Source: an uncultured Chloroflexia bacterium
GTDB lineage: Bacteria; Chloroflexota; Limnocylindria; Limnocylindrales; CSP1-4
Assembly: GCA_963833225.1 (NCBI GenBank)
Contig: CAWHXD010000019.1
Span: 704,001-768,000, forward strand
DNA length: 64,000 nt
Direction of reading: 5' to 3'
The position numbers were made by a program, and so were the translations under genes. The notes beneath the pieces were generated by a model that was not told the origin of the DNA, ran no database searches, and saw only the letters and a list, made by a program, of their open reading frames with translations. The first letter of the stretch is position 1; each line of letters opens with the position of its first letter. This document shows, piece after piece, positions 1-9,956 of the stretch.

Positions 1-279
1 TGGCTCGGAGCCCAGATGTCCACCCGCGCCCCTGGCGGCATCATCCGGCGCGTCCTGGCCGTGCTCCTGCTCGCGTCATCGCTCAAGCTCCTGGGCTTTG
101 GCAACGAGCTCGTGGCGCTGGCCGCGGTCGCCGCGCTGGTGCTGGGGAGCCTGATCTGGATCCTGATCCGCAACCAGGCCCGCGCATCGCGCGCCCGGGC
201 GGTGGCCTCCGCGAGGACACGCCGGACCGAGGTAGCGGCCCACGCGCCGGACGCGCCCGCCGAGGAGGCACCGGGATGA
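1..279 (+). CDS. C-terminal part of a membrane protein, probably a TauE/SafE-family sulfite/anion exporter (5' partial)
   Basis: Hydrophobic segments ([19 protein letters not shown]) typical of the TauE C-terminus; stop overlaps the cysC start (ATGA). Confidence 0.5.
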   Translation, partial: WLGAQMSTRAPGGIIRRVLAVLLLASSLKLLGFGNELVALAAVAALVLGSLIWILIRNQARASRARAVASARTRRTEVAAHAPDAPAEEAPG

Positions 280-1556
280 GCACGACCGCCGTTGTCCTCG
301 ACGAGGACGGCCAGGACCTTCTCGAGCTCGCCCTCGGTGGCGCGCTGCCCGCGCCACCTGTCCCCGACGGCGTCGATCCCGGCCAGGCCGGGATTCTCCT
401 GGCCGACGCGGAGAACACGCCACTTGCCCGGTTGTCGGTGGCTGGCAGCGGGACGCTGCTGGAGCCCCTCAGCCCATTCGCCCACCACGGCGGCCCGCAG
501 TGGGACCCGGAGCTCCGCCTGTCCGCCGGTGCCGCGCGAGCACGAATCGGCGGCCTGACCGCCGGCGGGGAGGTGCTCGCCATCGCCATCGACGACATTC
601 CGACGATGGCCGACCTCGATCGCGCGACCGAGATGCTCGACGGGGTGACGGCCGGCGCCGTCCTGCTGGCGATCCCCGTGGCGCGCCACCACCGGCCGGC
701 GGGATCGGTGGGCTGGGCCGGCCTGACCCGCGCCGCGCTTGGGGCGGCCGCGGTCCTTCGCCAGCGGCGGCCACAGGGGCACGTGGTTCCGGTGGCGGTC
801 CCGTTCCCGTCGGGCCCGGGTCCGGCGGGCTGGCCGCAACCGCAGATCGCCCAGGTCCTCGCCGCGTACGGCGCCGGGCGCGCCGTCCGGATCTCCGAGC
901 TGCGCACCGACGAGGAGCGCGACCGGATCGCATCGCTCGCCACCGTCCACGGGCGGGCCGTGCGGGCGGTCTATCCGGAGGCATCCGTGGCGGAGGTCCT
1001 GCGCGCCGGCTCCGAGACGCCGGGGGCCGGCGCAGTGGTGCTGTTCACCGGGTTGTCCGGCTCCGGCAAGTCGACCATCGCCCGGGCCCTGGTCGAGGAC
1101 CTCGCGGACGGTGGCTCCCGCCCGGTGACGCTCCTCGACGGCGACGAGGTCCGTCAGCACCTGTCCGCCGAGCTCGGCTTCGATGTCGCCTCCCGCGAGC
1201 GCAACGTCGAGCGCATCGGCTGGGTGGCCGCCCAGCTCGCCCGCCACGGCGGGATCGCCGTCGCGGCGCCCATCGCCCCGTTTGCATCATCGCGGGCGCG
1301 GGTGCGGACCATGGCCGAGGCGCAGGGCGCGTTCCTGCTGGTCTGGATCAGCACGCCGCTCGAGGTGTGCGAGGCACGGGATCGCAAGGGCCTGTACGCG
1401 AAGGCGCGGTCGGGCGAGGTCAGGGACTTCACCGGCATCTCGTCGCCCTACGAGGAGCCCACCGACGCGGACCTCGTGATCGATACGACGGTCACCGGGG
1501 TGCCGGAGGCGGTGGCGCGGATCCGGGAGCGGCTGGAGCCACGCCCGGGCGCGTGA
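276..1556 (+). CDS. cysC: Adenylyl-sulfate (APS) kinase with a degenerate N-terminal ATP-sulfurylase-like region
   Basis: [12 protein letters not shown]-loop, [18 protein letters not shown] and [11 protein letters not shown] motifs. Confidence 0.9.
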   Translation: MSTTAVVLDEDGQDLLELALGGALPAPPVPDGVDPGQAGILLADAENTPLARLSVAGSGTLLEPLSPFAHHGGPQWDPELRLSAGAARARIGGLTAGGEVLAIAIDDIPTMADLDRATEMLDGVTAGAVLLAIPVARHHRPAGSVGWAGLTRAALGAAAVLRQRRPQGHVVPVAVPFPSGPGPAGWPQPQIAQVLAAYGAGRAVRISELRTDEERDRIASLATVHGRAVRAVYPEASVAEVLRAGSETPGAGAVVLFTGLSGSGKSTIARALVEDLADGGSRPVTLLDGDEVRQHLSAELGFDVASRERNVERIGWVAAQLARHGGIAVAAPIAPFASSRARVRTMAEAQGAFLLVWISTPLEVCEARDRKGLYAKARSGEVRDFTGISSPYEEPTDADLVIDTTVTGVPEAVARIRERLEPRPGA

Positions 1557-1565
1557 CGCCGGAGA

Positions 1566-2783
1566 TCAGGGCCTGCGGAGCCCCAGGCGGCGGGCCACGG
1601 ATCGCCGTGCCCGTCCCGCGAGGATCCGCGCAAGGCGACGGCTGGGGACCGATGCCAGGTCGCCCGACGCAGCGCCACCGGCCCGGGCTCCGCCCGGTGC
1701 CGCGAGGTTGCCTGCCACGATGGCGCCCATCGCCATCCAGGCGGCGATCTCCGGCGTCACCGTCACCTCTGGCAGGCGGTCGCCCTCAAGGCCGCTGTGC
1801 GGCACGACCGCCAGCGACTCGAGGTCTCCGATCACCCGTGCTCCCGAGGCGGCGATCCCCGCGACAACCTCGCGGCCGATCTCCCCCGCTCGGTCGAGCG
1901 CCCATTGCGGCGTCTCGATCCGGGCCTCATCGGGCCCAGGCCGGCGCTGCTTCATGTAGGCGGCGAGCTTCATGCGGGCGACACGGTGGAAGGCGGGCAT
2001 GCTGAGTCCCTCGGCGTCGAACCGTTCGGCGAGGGCCCTGATCGCCGCGATCTCCTGCAGGGTCAGCGACCGATTGGCCAGGGCGCTGTCGGGCACGAGG
2101 GTTCCCTCGGCGAGGCCCGTCAGCGCCTCGAACACCCGGTACAGCCGCCCGTGATCGCGCTCATCGACGACCACGGCGGTGACCCGGTCGATCCCGACCG
2201 GCGCGGCCCAGCGCTCGATCAGCCGGTCGTGTCGCTGACGATGCCAGAACGCGCGGGCGATCCTCGAGTCCGCCTGGTTGAACAGCTGGTCCAGCCAGGC
2301 CTCGAAGGGAACGCGCAGCCCGCTCTGCGTGTGCTCCTGCCATTCCGAGGCCAGGAGATTTGGGATCGGCCGGAGCGTCACGACCACGTGGAGCCGGCTG
2401 GCGTCAAGATCCGTGACGACCCGGTCCCGCGCCTCGTCGCTTGCGTAGGAGAAGCCCTCGCTGCTGAGGACCACGCGCGGCTCGCTGGCCTCCCGGATCT
2501 CGCGGAGCAGCCGGTGCCAGTGCCCGATGTCCGGCGTCGCGCGGTCCTCGGCGAATGACACCCGTCCGGTGGCCGCGAGCACCGCCTTGGACGAGTGACG
2601 GCTGGACCCCGCGTAGCGCACCCCCTGTGCAAGGGCGGCGTCGCGCGCGGCCCAGAACGCCCCCTGCAGGGAGGTGGTGCCGGTCTTTGGCGGACCGATG
2701 TGGAGCAGCCTCGTGCCATCGGGCAACACGGGCGGAAGAGCGCCGTCGCCGTCGCGTGTCGCCTGGATCCGGGGCGTCGCCAC
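1566..2783 (-). CDS. Sulfotransferase-like P-loop protein (paralog 1)
   Basis: LLHIGPPKTGTTSLQ (5'-PSB-like), VVLSSEGF, VVVTLRP; GTG start at 2783 just after the upstream paralog's stop. Confidence 0.7.
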   Translation of the reverse strand: MATPRIQATRDGDGALPPVLPDGTRLLHIGPPKTGTTSLQGAFWAARDAALAQGVRYAGSSRHSSKAVLAATGRVSFAEDRATPDIGHWHRLLREIREASEPRVVLSSEGFSYASDEARDRVVTDLDASRLHVVVTLRPIPNLLASEWQEHTQSGLRVPFEAWLDQLFNQADSRIARAFWHRQRHDRLIERWAAPVGIDRVTAVVVDERDHGRLYRVFEALTGLAEGTLVPDSALANRSLTLQEIAAIRALAERFDAEGLSMPAFHRVARMKLAAYMKQRRPGPDEARIETPQWALDRAGEIGREVVAGIAASGARVIGDLESLAVVPHSGLEGDRLPEVTVTPEIAAWMAMGAIVAGNLAAPGGARAGGAASGDLASVPSRRLARILAGRARRSVARRLGLRRP

Positions 2784-2785
2784 CG

Positions 2786-4012
2786 TCAGGCGTCGCTCGC
2801 GCTGGAGCGGCCGGTCACTCGCCGGAGCCTGCGGGTGAAGGTAACTCGCCACCGGCCGAGGAGCACGCGCAGCAGCTGCCAGGTCGATACGCGGGCGACC
2901 TCGATCGGCTCGATCCACGCCGGCTCGCCCTTGCGGCGCTCCCGCGCAGCCCGGGCAAGGCCGCTCGCGATCAGGATCCCCACGGCCATCTCGGCCGCGA
3001 CCCGCGGCGGCACCAGCACCGGATCCGATGGTGCTTCGTTGCGGCTCACCTGCGGCATGGTCAGCGATTCGAGGTCGCCGATGACCCGGACGCCCGAGGC
3101 CCGGATTGCCGGGGCCATCTCCGCGTCCAGCTCGCGGGCGCGATCGAGCGCCCACTGGGGCGTGTCGATCCTGGCCTCCTCGGCGCCGGGGGCACGCGAC
3201 TTCATGTGCATCGCCGAGCCGAAGCGCATCGCCTTGGCGTGGACGGCGCGCGGGACCTTGAGCTTGCGCGTCGCCTGGTTGAAGGCCCGGACGGCCTCGA
3301 CCTCGGGGAGCGTCAGCGACCGGTTGGTGAGGTCGCGGTCGGGGAGCAGCGTGTCGTCGCGAAGGCCCAGGAGGTCCTCGAACACCCGGAGCACCATCGC
3401 GTGGTCCTGCTCGTCGACGACGACCGCGGTCACCCGGTCCGGGCCGAGAACGGCCTTCCAGCGCTCGATCAGCTGGTCGTGGCGGTGGAGGTACCAGAAG
3501 TTGCGCGCGGGCCGGCCCGGCGTGCCGTCGAACACCTCGTGCAGCCAGTCCTCGTAGGCCAGCACCATCCCGGCCTGCACGTTCTGCTGCCACTGCGAGG
3601 GCAGGATGCGCGCGAGCGGCCGCAGGGTCACCACGACATGGAGCCGTTCCCGGTCGAGATCCGACACGATCCGCTCGATCACGTCGGGCCTGGCCCACGC
3701 GAAGAACTCGCTGGACACCACCACCCGAGGCTCGCGCGCGCGCCGGAACTCGGCGACGAGATCGCGCCAGTAGCGCATCGGCGGCGGTTTGTCCCGCGAG
3801 TCGGGTGCGGGCTGTCCGGTGATCGCCCGGACCGCCGACGCCGGGTTGCGGGTCTTGCCGAGGTGACGGACGCCCTGCTCCATCATTCGATCCCGCCCCG
3901 CGTACAGGGCCGCCTGGAGCGACGTCGTGCCGGTCTTGTGCGGGCCGACATGGAGCAGCCGCGTGCCGTCCGGCAGCCGCAGTCCCGCGCCCGTCGGATT
4001 CCCGTCCGTCAC
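2786..4012 (-). CDS. Sulfotransferase-like P-loop protein (paralog 2)
   Basis: LLHVGPHKTGTTSLQ, VVSSEFF, VVTLRPLARILPSQWQQ; AGGAGG RBS before GTG at 4012. Confidence 0.7.
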   Translation of the reverse strand: MTDGNPTGAGLRLPDGTRLLHVGPHKTGTTSLQAALYAGRDRMMEQGVRHLGKTRNPASAVRAITGQPAPDSRDKPPPMRYWRDLVAEFRRAREPRVVVSSEFFAWARPDVIERIVSDLDRERLHVVVTLRPLARILPSQWQQNVQAGMVLAYEDWLHEVFDGTPGRPARNFWYLHRHDQLIERWKAVLGPDRVTAVVVDEQDHAMVLRVFEDLLGLRDDTLLPDRDLTNRSLTLPEVEAVRAFNQATRKLKVPRAVHAKAMRFGSAMHMKSRAPGAEEARIDTPQWALDRARELDAEMAPAIRASGVRVIGDLESLTMPQVSRNEAPSDPVLVPPRVAAEMAVGILIASGLARAARERRKGEPAWIEPIEVARVSTWQLLRVLLGRWRVTFTRRLRRVTGRSSASDA

Positions 4013-4081
4013 CTGACCTCCTGTTTCCCTCGGGGGTGCGCCCAGTCTAGCGTGGCCCAGGGCGGTGCTAGAGTCGGCCGC

Positions 4082-5311
4082 ATGCCGATCGAGATCCGGA
4101 ACGCCTCGCCGGACGACTACGAGGCGGCCGTCGACGTCATGTCCACGGCCTTCCTGGAGCGGCCCGACATCCGCGCCGTCGCGGACATGCAGCGGGCAAG
4201 CTGGGATCCGGCCCGAATGTGGCTGGCGCTGGACGCGGACCGCGTGGTGGGCACCTTCCGGTCCTGGTCCACGGAGCTGACGGTCCCCGGTGGGGGCCGG
4301 CTGGCGGCATCCGGGGTCTCGGCCGTGACCGTGCTCCCAACCCACCGCCGGCGCGGGATCATGACCCGCCTCGCAGCCCGGGAGCACGGCGCCCTGCGGG
4401 AGCGAGGCGAGGCCCTGGCGCTGCTGTACGCAGCCGAGTACGGCATCTACGGCCGGTTCGGGTATGCCCCCGGTATCCGGCTGGTGGACTACACGGTCGA
4501 CACGAGGGCGACGGGGTTCCTCGGCGAGCCTGCCGGCACCGTCGAGCTCGCGCCCGTGAACGCCGCGACCCGCGACGCCGCCGCCGCGGTCTTCGAGGCC
4601 TGGCGGCTGCGCCAGCCGGGCGAGCTCCGCCGCCGCGACGTGTCCTGGGACCGCGCCTTCGGGCTGGTCGAGGAGCCATGGGGCGAGCGCTGGAAGGGAT
4701 GGGCCGCGCTGCACCGGGACGCCCGCGGCGTGGTCGATGGATACGCCCGCTGGAAGGCGGAGGTGAAGTGGGATCTGGACATCCCTGCGTTCGTCGTCGA
4801 GGTCAACGAGCTGCACGCCCTGGACAATGCCGCCGGTGACGACCTCGTCCGGTTCCTGTTCGGGCTGGATCTGCTGGCCACGCTCAAGCTTCCCGGCCGG
4901 CGCGCGGCGGAGCGGTTCCCGTGGCTGCTCACGAACGCGAGGGCGTGCCGGGTCACCTATGCCGGCGACGGACTGTGGGTCCGGTTGTTCGACGTGCCCC
5001 GCGCCCTCGAGGCGCGCACGTACGAGCGCGCGGCAAGCCTCGTGCTCGACGTGGTGGACGACCCGGCGTGGGGTGGCACCATGCGCTTGCTGCTCGACGC
5101 GGGACCCGACGGCGTCACGTGTCGGCGGACGCGGCGCTCACCTGATCTCACCGTGCCTGTCGCGGCGCTCTCGGGGGCCTACCTCGGCGGCACGCGCCTG
5201 GCGCACATCACGCTTGCCACCGGCGCCGATGAGCATCGGCCGGGTGCGCTTGCGGAAGCGGACGCCCTGCTCTGGACGGCCGACGCCCCGTGGTGCACGA
5301 CCTTCTTCTAG
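4082..5311 (+). CDS. Eis-family GNAT acetyltransferase with SCP2-like C-terminal domain
   Basis: VSAVTVLPTHRRRGIM acetyl-CoA motif, IYGRFGY, C-terminal ...APWCTTFF typical of Eis. Confidence 0.88.
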   Translation: MPIEIRNASPDDYEAAVDVMSTAFLERPDIRAVADMQRASWDPARMWLALDADRVVGTFRSWSTELTVPGGGRLAASGVSAVTVLPTHRRRGIMTRLAAREHGALRERGEALALLYAAEYGIYGRFGYAPGIRLVDYTVDTRATGFLGEPAGTVELAPVNAATRDAAAAVFEAWRLRQPGELRRRDVSWDRAFGLVEEPWGERWKGWAALHRDARGVVDGYARWKAEVKWDLDIPAFVVEVNELHALDNAAGDDLVRFLFGLDLLATLKLPGRRAAERFPWLLTNARACRVTYAGDGLWVRLFDVPRALEARTYERAASLVLDVVDDPAWGGTMRLLLDAGPDGVTCRRTRRSPDLTVPVAALSGAYLGGTRLAHITLATGADEHRPGALAEADALLWTADAPWCTTFF

Positions 5312-5352
5312 CCGGTCGGAAGCCTGGGACCATCAGCGGCCGCCGAACGCCG

Positions 5353-6570
5353 TCAGCTCGCGGGTCCCGGCGAGCGGCGCCGGACCCGGTGGAGCCGGCG
5401 CCGGAGCGATGACACGATCCGCCGGCTGACATAGCCGCGAATCGCGTATGTCGCGACCATGGACATGTCCTCGCGCGTCTGCGCCGGGCCCGGTCGGGCC
5501 ATGCCGGTCGCGATGAGCATGCCGACTCCAAGGGTGGCGGCCACCTCCGGGCTCCCGAACGCGTCCGGCGTCGGCCGTCCGCCAGGCTCTGGCACGAGGG
5601 CGAGGCCCGGAAGGTCGCCGATGACGCGGACGCCGCTTGCCCCGATGCGCTCGACGTTGGCCGTCGCCTCGGCCCGGACGTGGTCGAGGGCCCAGTCCGG
5701 GAGTTCGATCCTCGGGGCCACGGGATCGGCGGGATGGTCCTTCATGTACCGGCTTGCGCCGTAGTGCATGACGCGGTGCAGCTCGACGCGGCTCAGGCCG
5801 TCGGCCCGCACCCTGGTGTTGAACTGGCGCACGGCCTCGGCCTCGGGCCAGGTCAGGCTCCGGTTGCCCAGCTCCTCCTGCTCCTTGAGGAGCCCGCGCT
5901 CGAGCCCCAGCAGGCTCTCGAAGTCACGCAGGACGCCGCCCCGATCGCCCTCGCGGATCGCCAGCACGGTGACGCGGTCGGGACCAACGGCCTCCGCCCA
6001 GCGCGCGACCAGCTCGTGGTGGCGATGCCGCCGCCAGAACCCGGGCGTCACCTTCGCGTCGCCACGCTCGAACATCGCGCGGAGCCACTCGTCCCAGGAC
6101 GTCGTCATGCCGTCGCATACGAACTGCATCCACTGGGACGGCAGGATCCTGGCCAGCGGGCGGAGCGTGATGACCACCCGGACCCGGTCGGCGCCCAGGT
6201 CGTCCACGATCCGGCGCACGACGCCCGGCGGCGCGTCGGCGAAGAACTCGCTGCTCACGACCACCCTGGACTCCGGGGCCCGGTGGATCTGGTCCACGAG
6301 GTTCGTCCACCGCTGGATCGGCGGGACGACGCCGCCCGCGAATGCCGACGCGCGCCCGAGCACCGCGTGGACGGAGCCCGCCGGGTGCCGGTTCGGCCCG
6401 GCGTGTCGCACGCCCTGACGGCGGAGCGCCGGCCGAGCCGCGTACAGCGACGCCTGGACCTGGGTGGTCGCGGTCTTGGGCGGCCCGATATGGACCAGGA
6501 TGGAGCCGTCGGGGATCGGCTCGATGGCGGGATCACCGCTGGCTGCCGGGTCGCCGGTATCGTGTTCCAC
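5353..6570 (-). CDS. Sulfotransferase-like P-loop protein (paralog 3)
   Basis: LVHIGPPKTATTQVQ, VVVSSEFF, ITLRPLARILPSQW; collinear with paralogs 1 and 2. Confidence 0.7.
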   Translation of the reverse strand: MEHDTGDPAASGDPAIEPIPDGSILVHIGPPKTATTQVQASLYAARPALRRQGVRHAGPNRHPAGSVHAVLGRASAFAGGVVPPIQRWTNLVDQIHRAPESRVVVSSEFFADAPPGVVRRIVDDLGADRVRVVITLRPLARILPSQWMQFVCDGMTTSWDEWLRAMFERGDAKVTPGFWRRHRHHELVARWAEAVGPDRVTVLAIREGDRGGVLRDFESLLGLERGLLKEQEELGNRSLTWPEAEAVRQFNTRVRADGLSRVELHRVMHYGASRYMKDHPADPVAPRIELPDWALDHVRAEATANVERIGASGVRVIGDLPGLALVPEPGGRPTPDAFGSPEVAATLGVGMLIATGMARPGPAQTREDMSMVATYAIRGYVSRRIVSSLRRRLHRVRRRSPGPAS

Positions 6571-6660
6571 GCTCCCACGATACGGCGTCCCGGCGCAAGG
6601 GCGCTCGTTGGGACCGCGTCGAGCGGAGCCCCCGGGGCCTGACGTTGACGGATCGGCCGG

Positions 6661-6687
6661 TAATTCCGATAATTCCACTAGGGATTA
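6661..6687. promoter_or_regulatory. Putative Rrf2/IscR-type operator upstream of sufB
   Basis: AT-rich imperfect palindrome TAATTCCGA-N9-TAGGGATTA in a GC-rich background, with TTGACG just upstream, ~100 bp before sufB. Confidence 0.55.
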
Positions 6688-6787
6688 GCTCGCGGCCCCG
6701 CGTCCCCGGGGTCGCGGCGACTCCCGCCCGATGCCAATACCCACCCCGGACCCCAGCCGGCGGCCCGCGGCCGCGAACGGAGCTGCG

Positions 6788-8191
6788 ATGACCACGACCC
6801 GCGACCTCGTCAAGGACGAGCGCGACCAGTTCGCGTTCCACGATGACATCGTGTACCTGCGCGAGACCAAGCGCGGGCTCACGCGCGACACGGTGGAGGA
6901 GATCAGCCGGTTCAAGGACGAGCCGGACTGGATGCTCCAGTTCCGCCTCCGCGCCTATGAGCACTTCCTCAAGCGCCCCATGCCGACCTGGGGCGGCGCG
7001 CTCGACGCCATCGATCTCGACAAGATCGTCTACTACCGCAAGCCGTCCGAGCGCGAGGAGAAGTCCTGGGACGACGTGCCGGAGCAGATCAAGGCGACGT
7101 TCGAGAAGCTGGGCATCCCCGAGGCGGAGCGCAAGTTCCTCGCCGGCGTCGGCGCCCAGTACGACTCCGAGGTGGTCTACCACTCCGTCCGCGAGGAGCT
7201 GTCCAAGATCGGCGTGGTGTTCATGGGCACCGACCAGGCGCTCAAGGAGTACCCGGACATCTTCCGCCAGCACTTTGGCACGGTCGTCCCGCCCGAGGAC
7301 AACAAGTTCAGCGCCCTCAACTCGGCGGTGTGGTCCGGTGGCTCGTTCGTGTACGTGCCCAAGGGCGTCGAGGTCCCGCTGCCCCTCCAGGCCTACTTCC
7401 GGATCAACGGCGAGAACACCGGCCAGTTCGAGCGGACGCTGATCGTGGTCGACGAGGGCGCCAAGGTCCACTACATCGAGGGCTGCACGGCACCGATCTA
7501 CGCGACCGATTCGCTGCATGCCGCCGTGGTCGAGGTCGTCGCGCTGCCGGGTTCCAAGGTCCGGTACACGACGATCCAGAACTGGTCGAACGACGTCTAC
7601 AACCTGGTGACCAAGCGCGCCCACGCGCACGCCAACTCGACCGTCGAGTGGGTGGACGCGAACACCGGCTCGCGCCTCACCATGAAGTACCCGGCGATCT
7701 ACCTGCGTGGCGAGGGCGCCCGGGCCGAGGTCATCTCGGTCGCGGTCGCGGGCAAGGGCCAGCACCAGGACACCGGCGCCAAGGCCATCCACCTCGCCCC
7801 CAACACCACCTCGCGGATCGTGTCCAAGTCCGTGTCCAAGGATGGCGGCCGAGCCACCTACCGCGGCCAGCTGCGGGTTGCACCGGGCGCCACGGGCGTC
7901 ACGGCGAGCGTGCGCTGCGATGCCCTGATGCTCGATGATCAGAGCCGCAGCGACACCTACCCGTACATCGACATCCAGGAAGACGACACGACGATGACCC
8001 ACGAGGCCACCGTGGGCAAGATCTCCGCCGAGCAGATCTTCTACCTGATGAGCCGCGGCCTGACCGAGAACGAGGCGCAGAACCTGGTCATCCAGGGCTT
8101 CCTCGAGGTGTTCACGAAGGAGCTCCCGATGGAGTACGCGATCGAGTTCAACCGGCTCGTCAAGCTGGAGATGGAGGGGTCGCTCGGATGA
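6788..8191 (+). CDS. sufB: Fe-S cluster assembly protein SufB
   Basis: LAGVGAQYDSEVVY, AVWSGGSFVYVPKGV, GQFERTLI, YIEGCTAP, C-terminal LEMEGSLG. Confidence 0.97.
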   Translation: MTTTRDLVKDERDQFAFHDDIVYLRETKRGLTRDTVEEISRFKDEPDWMLQFRLRAYEHFLKRPMPTWGGALDAIDLDKIVYYRKPSEREEKSWDDVPEQIKATFEKLGIPEAERKFLAGVGAQYDSEVVYHSVREELSKIGVVFMGTDQALKEYPDIFRQHFGTVVPPEDNKFSALNSAVWSGGSFVYVPKGVEVPLPLQAYFRINGENTGQFERTLIVVDEGAKVHYIEGCTAPIYATDSLHAAVVEVVALPGSKVRYTTIQNWSNDVYNLVTKRAHAHANSTVEWVDANTGSRLTMKYPAIYLRGEGARAEVISVAVAGKGQHQDTGAKAIHLAPNTTSRIVSKSVSKDGGRATYRGQLRVAPGATGVTASVRCDALMLDDQSRSDTYPYIDIQEDDTTMTHEATVGKISAEQIFYLMSRGLTENEAQNLVIQGFLEVFTKELPMEYAIEFNRLVKLEMEGSLG

Positions 8192-9600
8192 CGGAGGTCG
8201 CCGAGACGTCAACTCCCGCCCCGCGAGCGCTTCGCACCGCCCGCCGGGGCCCCGCCGACCTGCCGTTCACCTTCGTCGACGAGGCGCTCGTCACCGCGAT
8301 CTCCGACGACCACGATGAGCCCGCGTGGATGCGCGAGGAGCGCCTCGCCGCCCTGGCGCGGTTCGAAGCGCTCCCGGTCGAGGCGAGCCAGCTCTACACG
8401 CCGTACGTCGACCTGCGGGCGGCCTCGCTCGACGGCGCGACGCCATACCCCACGGCGCAGGACACCGGTGCGACCCCGGCCGCTGGTGCCTACGGCCCCG
8501 ACGACACCACTGCCGGCCTGCTGGCGCTCGACGGCGAGACGGTCGCAACGGCGACGATCTCGGCCGAGGCCGCCGCCGCGGGCGTCGTCCTGATGACCCT
8601 GGGCCAGCTGGCGATGACAGACTACGGGTTGTTCAAGACGCTCGTCGCTGACGACCCGGTCCTGCCGGTGGACGACAAGCTCGCCTGGATGGCCCGAGCG
8701 GCCTGGACCCAGGGCGCCGCGCTCGTCGTGCCCGCCGGAGTGCGAGTCGACCGCCCGATCGTGATCAGGTGGATCGTGGGGGCGCCGCGAACCCAGATCG
8801 CGCGCTCCGTCATCGTCCTTGGCGAGGGAGCGGAGGCGCAGGTCGTCGAGGAGCTCGTCCCGTCAGACGGCGCGGTCCCCGGTGCCCAAGGGCTGCTGTC
8901 CTCGACCACGGAGATCCGCCTGGGCGCCCATGCCCGGCTCGCATTCGCCAGCCTCCAGGAGACCGGCCCGGACCAGGTGATCTTCCAGCAGCGAATGGCG
9001 CGGCTCGGCGAGGGCGCGGATCTCCGCTGGGCGCTCGCCCAGCTGGGCGGCCGCCTCGTCCGCTCGCGAGTGGACAACGTCCTTGCCGGCGACCGCAGCA
9101 CGGTCGAGCAGGTGGAGATCGTGTTCGGCGCCGGGGACCAGCTCCACGACCTGACCTCGTACACGCGCCATATCGGCCGGGACACCACCGGCCAGCTGCT
9201 GTCCAAGGGCGTGTTGTTCGACAAGGCCCGTAGCTACATGAAGGGCCTGATCGTGATCGAGAAGTCCGCGATCGGCACCGACAGCTTCCTCGGTGAGTTC
9301 GGCATGAACCTCTCGAAGTCGGCGCGCTCGGTGGCGATCCCGTCGCTCGAGATCGACCAGCCGGACTGCCGGCGGGCGGCGCACAGCTCGTCGGTCGGAC
9401 CGGTCGACGAAGGCCAGGTGTTCTACCTGGAGAGCCGGGGGATCCCTCCGGACGAGGCCCGCAAGTTCATCGTCCTCGGGTTCCTGGAGCCGGTGGTGGC
9501 CAGGGTCCCGCTCGAGGAGGCGCAGGACCGCCTGCGCGACGCCCTGGAGGCCAAGTGGGCCGCCGGGCTCGCGGGCGCGGGTTCCGCGACGGCGGCCTGA
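8188..9600 (+). CDS. sufD: Fe-S cluster assembly protein SufD
   Basis: SufBD beta-helix C-terminus (IPSLEI...AAHSSSVG...FYLESRGI); translationally coupled to sufB. Confidence 0.9.
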   Translation: MTEVAETSTPAPRALRTARRGPADLPFTFVDEALVTAISDDHDEPAWMREERLAALARFEALPVEASQLYTPYVDLRAASLDGATPYPTAQDTGATPAAGAYGPDDTTAGLLALDGETVATATISAEAAAAGVVLMTLGQLAMTDYGLFKTLVADDPVLPVDDKLAWMARAAWTQGAALVVPAGVRVDRPIVIRWIVGAPRTQIARSVIVLGEGAEAQVVEELVPSDGAVPGAQGLLSSTTEIRLGAHARLAFASLQETGPDQVIFQQRMARLGEGADLRWALAQLGGRLVRSRVDNVLAGDRSTVEQVEIVFGAGDQLHDLTSYTRHIGRDTTGQLLSKGVLFDKARSYMKGLIVIEKSAIGTDSFLGEFGMNLSKSARSVAIPSLEIDQPDCRRAAHSSSVGPVDEGQVFYLESRGIPPDEARKFIVLGFLEPVVARVPLEEAQDRLRDALEAKWAAGLAGAGSATAA

Positions 9601-9941
9601 GCCGGGTCATCGACCTCCTCGGAGCCGACGAGCTCGAGGAGGGGGAGATGCGGATGGTCTGGGTGGACCAGTCCGATCCCGTGCTCGTGATCCACGTGAA
9701 CGGCGAGTTCCATGCCCTGCAGGGGACCTGCTCGCACGAGTACTTCGAGCTTGACCGCGGCTTCCTGACCGCGGGCACCCTGACCTGCGCCCTGCACCTG
9801 TCCCGCTTCGACCTCACCGATGGCGAGCCGCTCGACGCTCCAGCGGAGCTCCCGCTCGCGGTCTACGAGGTCCGGGTCGACGGCGGCCGAGTCCTGATCG
9901 AGGTGGACGACGGGCCGCTGGAGATCCACGAGGAGGCATAG
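9597..9941 (+). CDS. Rieske-type [2Fe-2S] ferredoxin
   Basis: CSHE...CALH Rieske ligands; start uncertain (CTG overlapping the sufD stop, or ATG 9648). Confidence 0.85.
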   Translation: MSRVIDLLGADELEEGEMRMVWVDQSDPVLVIHVNGEFHALQGTCSHEYFELDRGFLTAGTLTCALHLSRFDLTDGEPLDAPAELPLAVYEVRVDGGRVLIEVDDGPLEIHEEA

Positions 9942-9956
9942 CCTCGCGGCCAGACG

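Noticed and set aside
2555-4081. Long N-terminal extensions on Eis and the sulfotransferase-like ORFs, suggesting fusions
   Set aside because: They overlap real genes and are Arg/Pro-rich read-through; better starts exist downstream.
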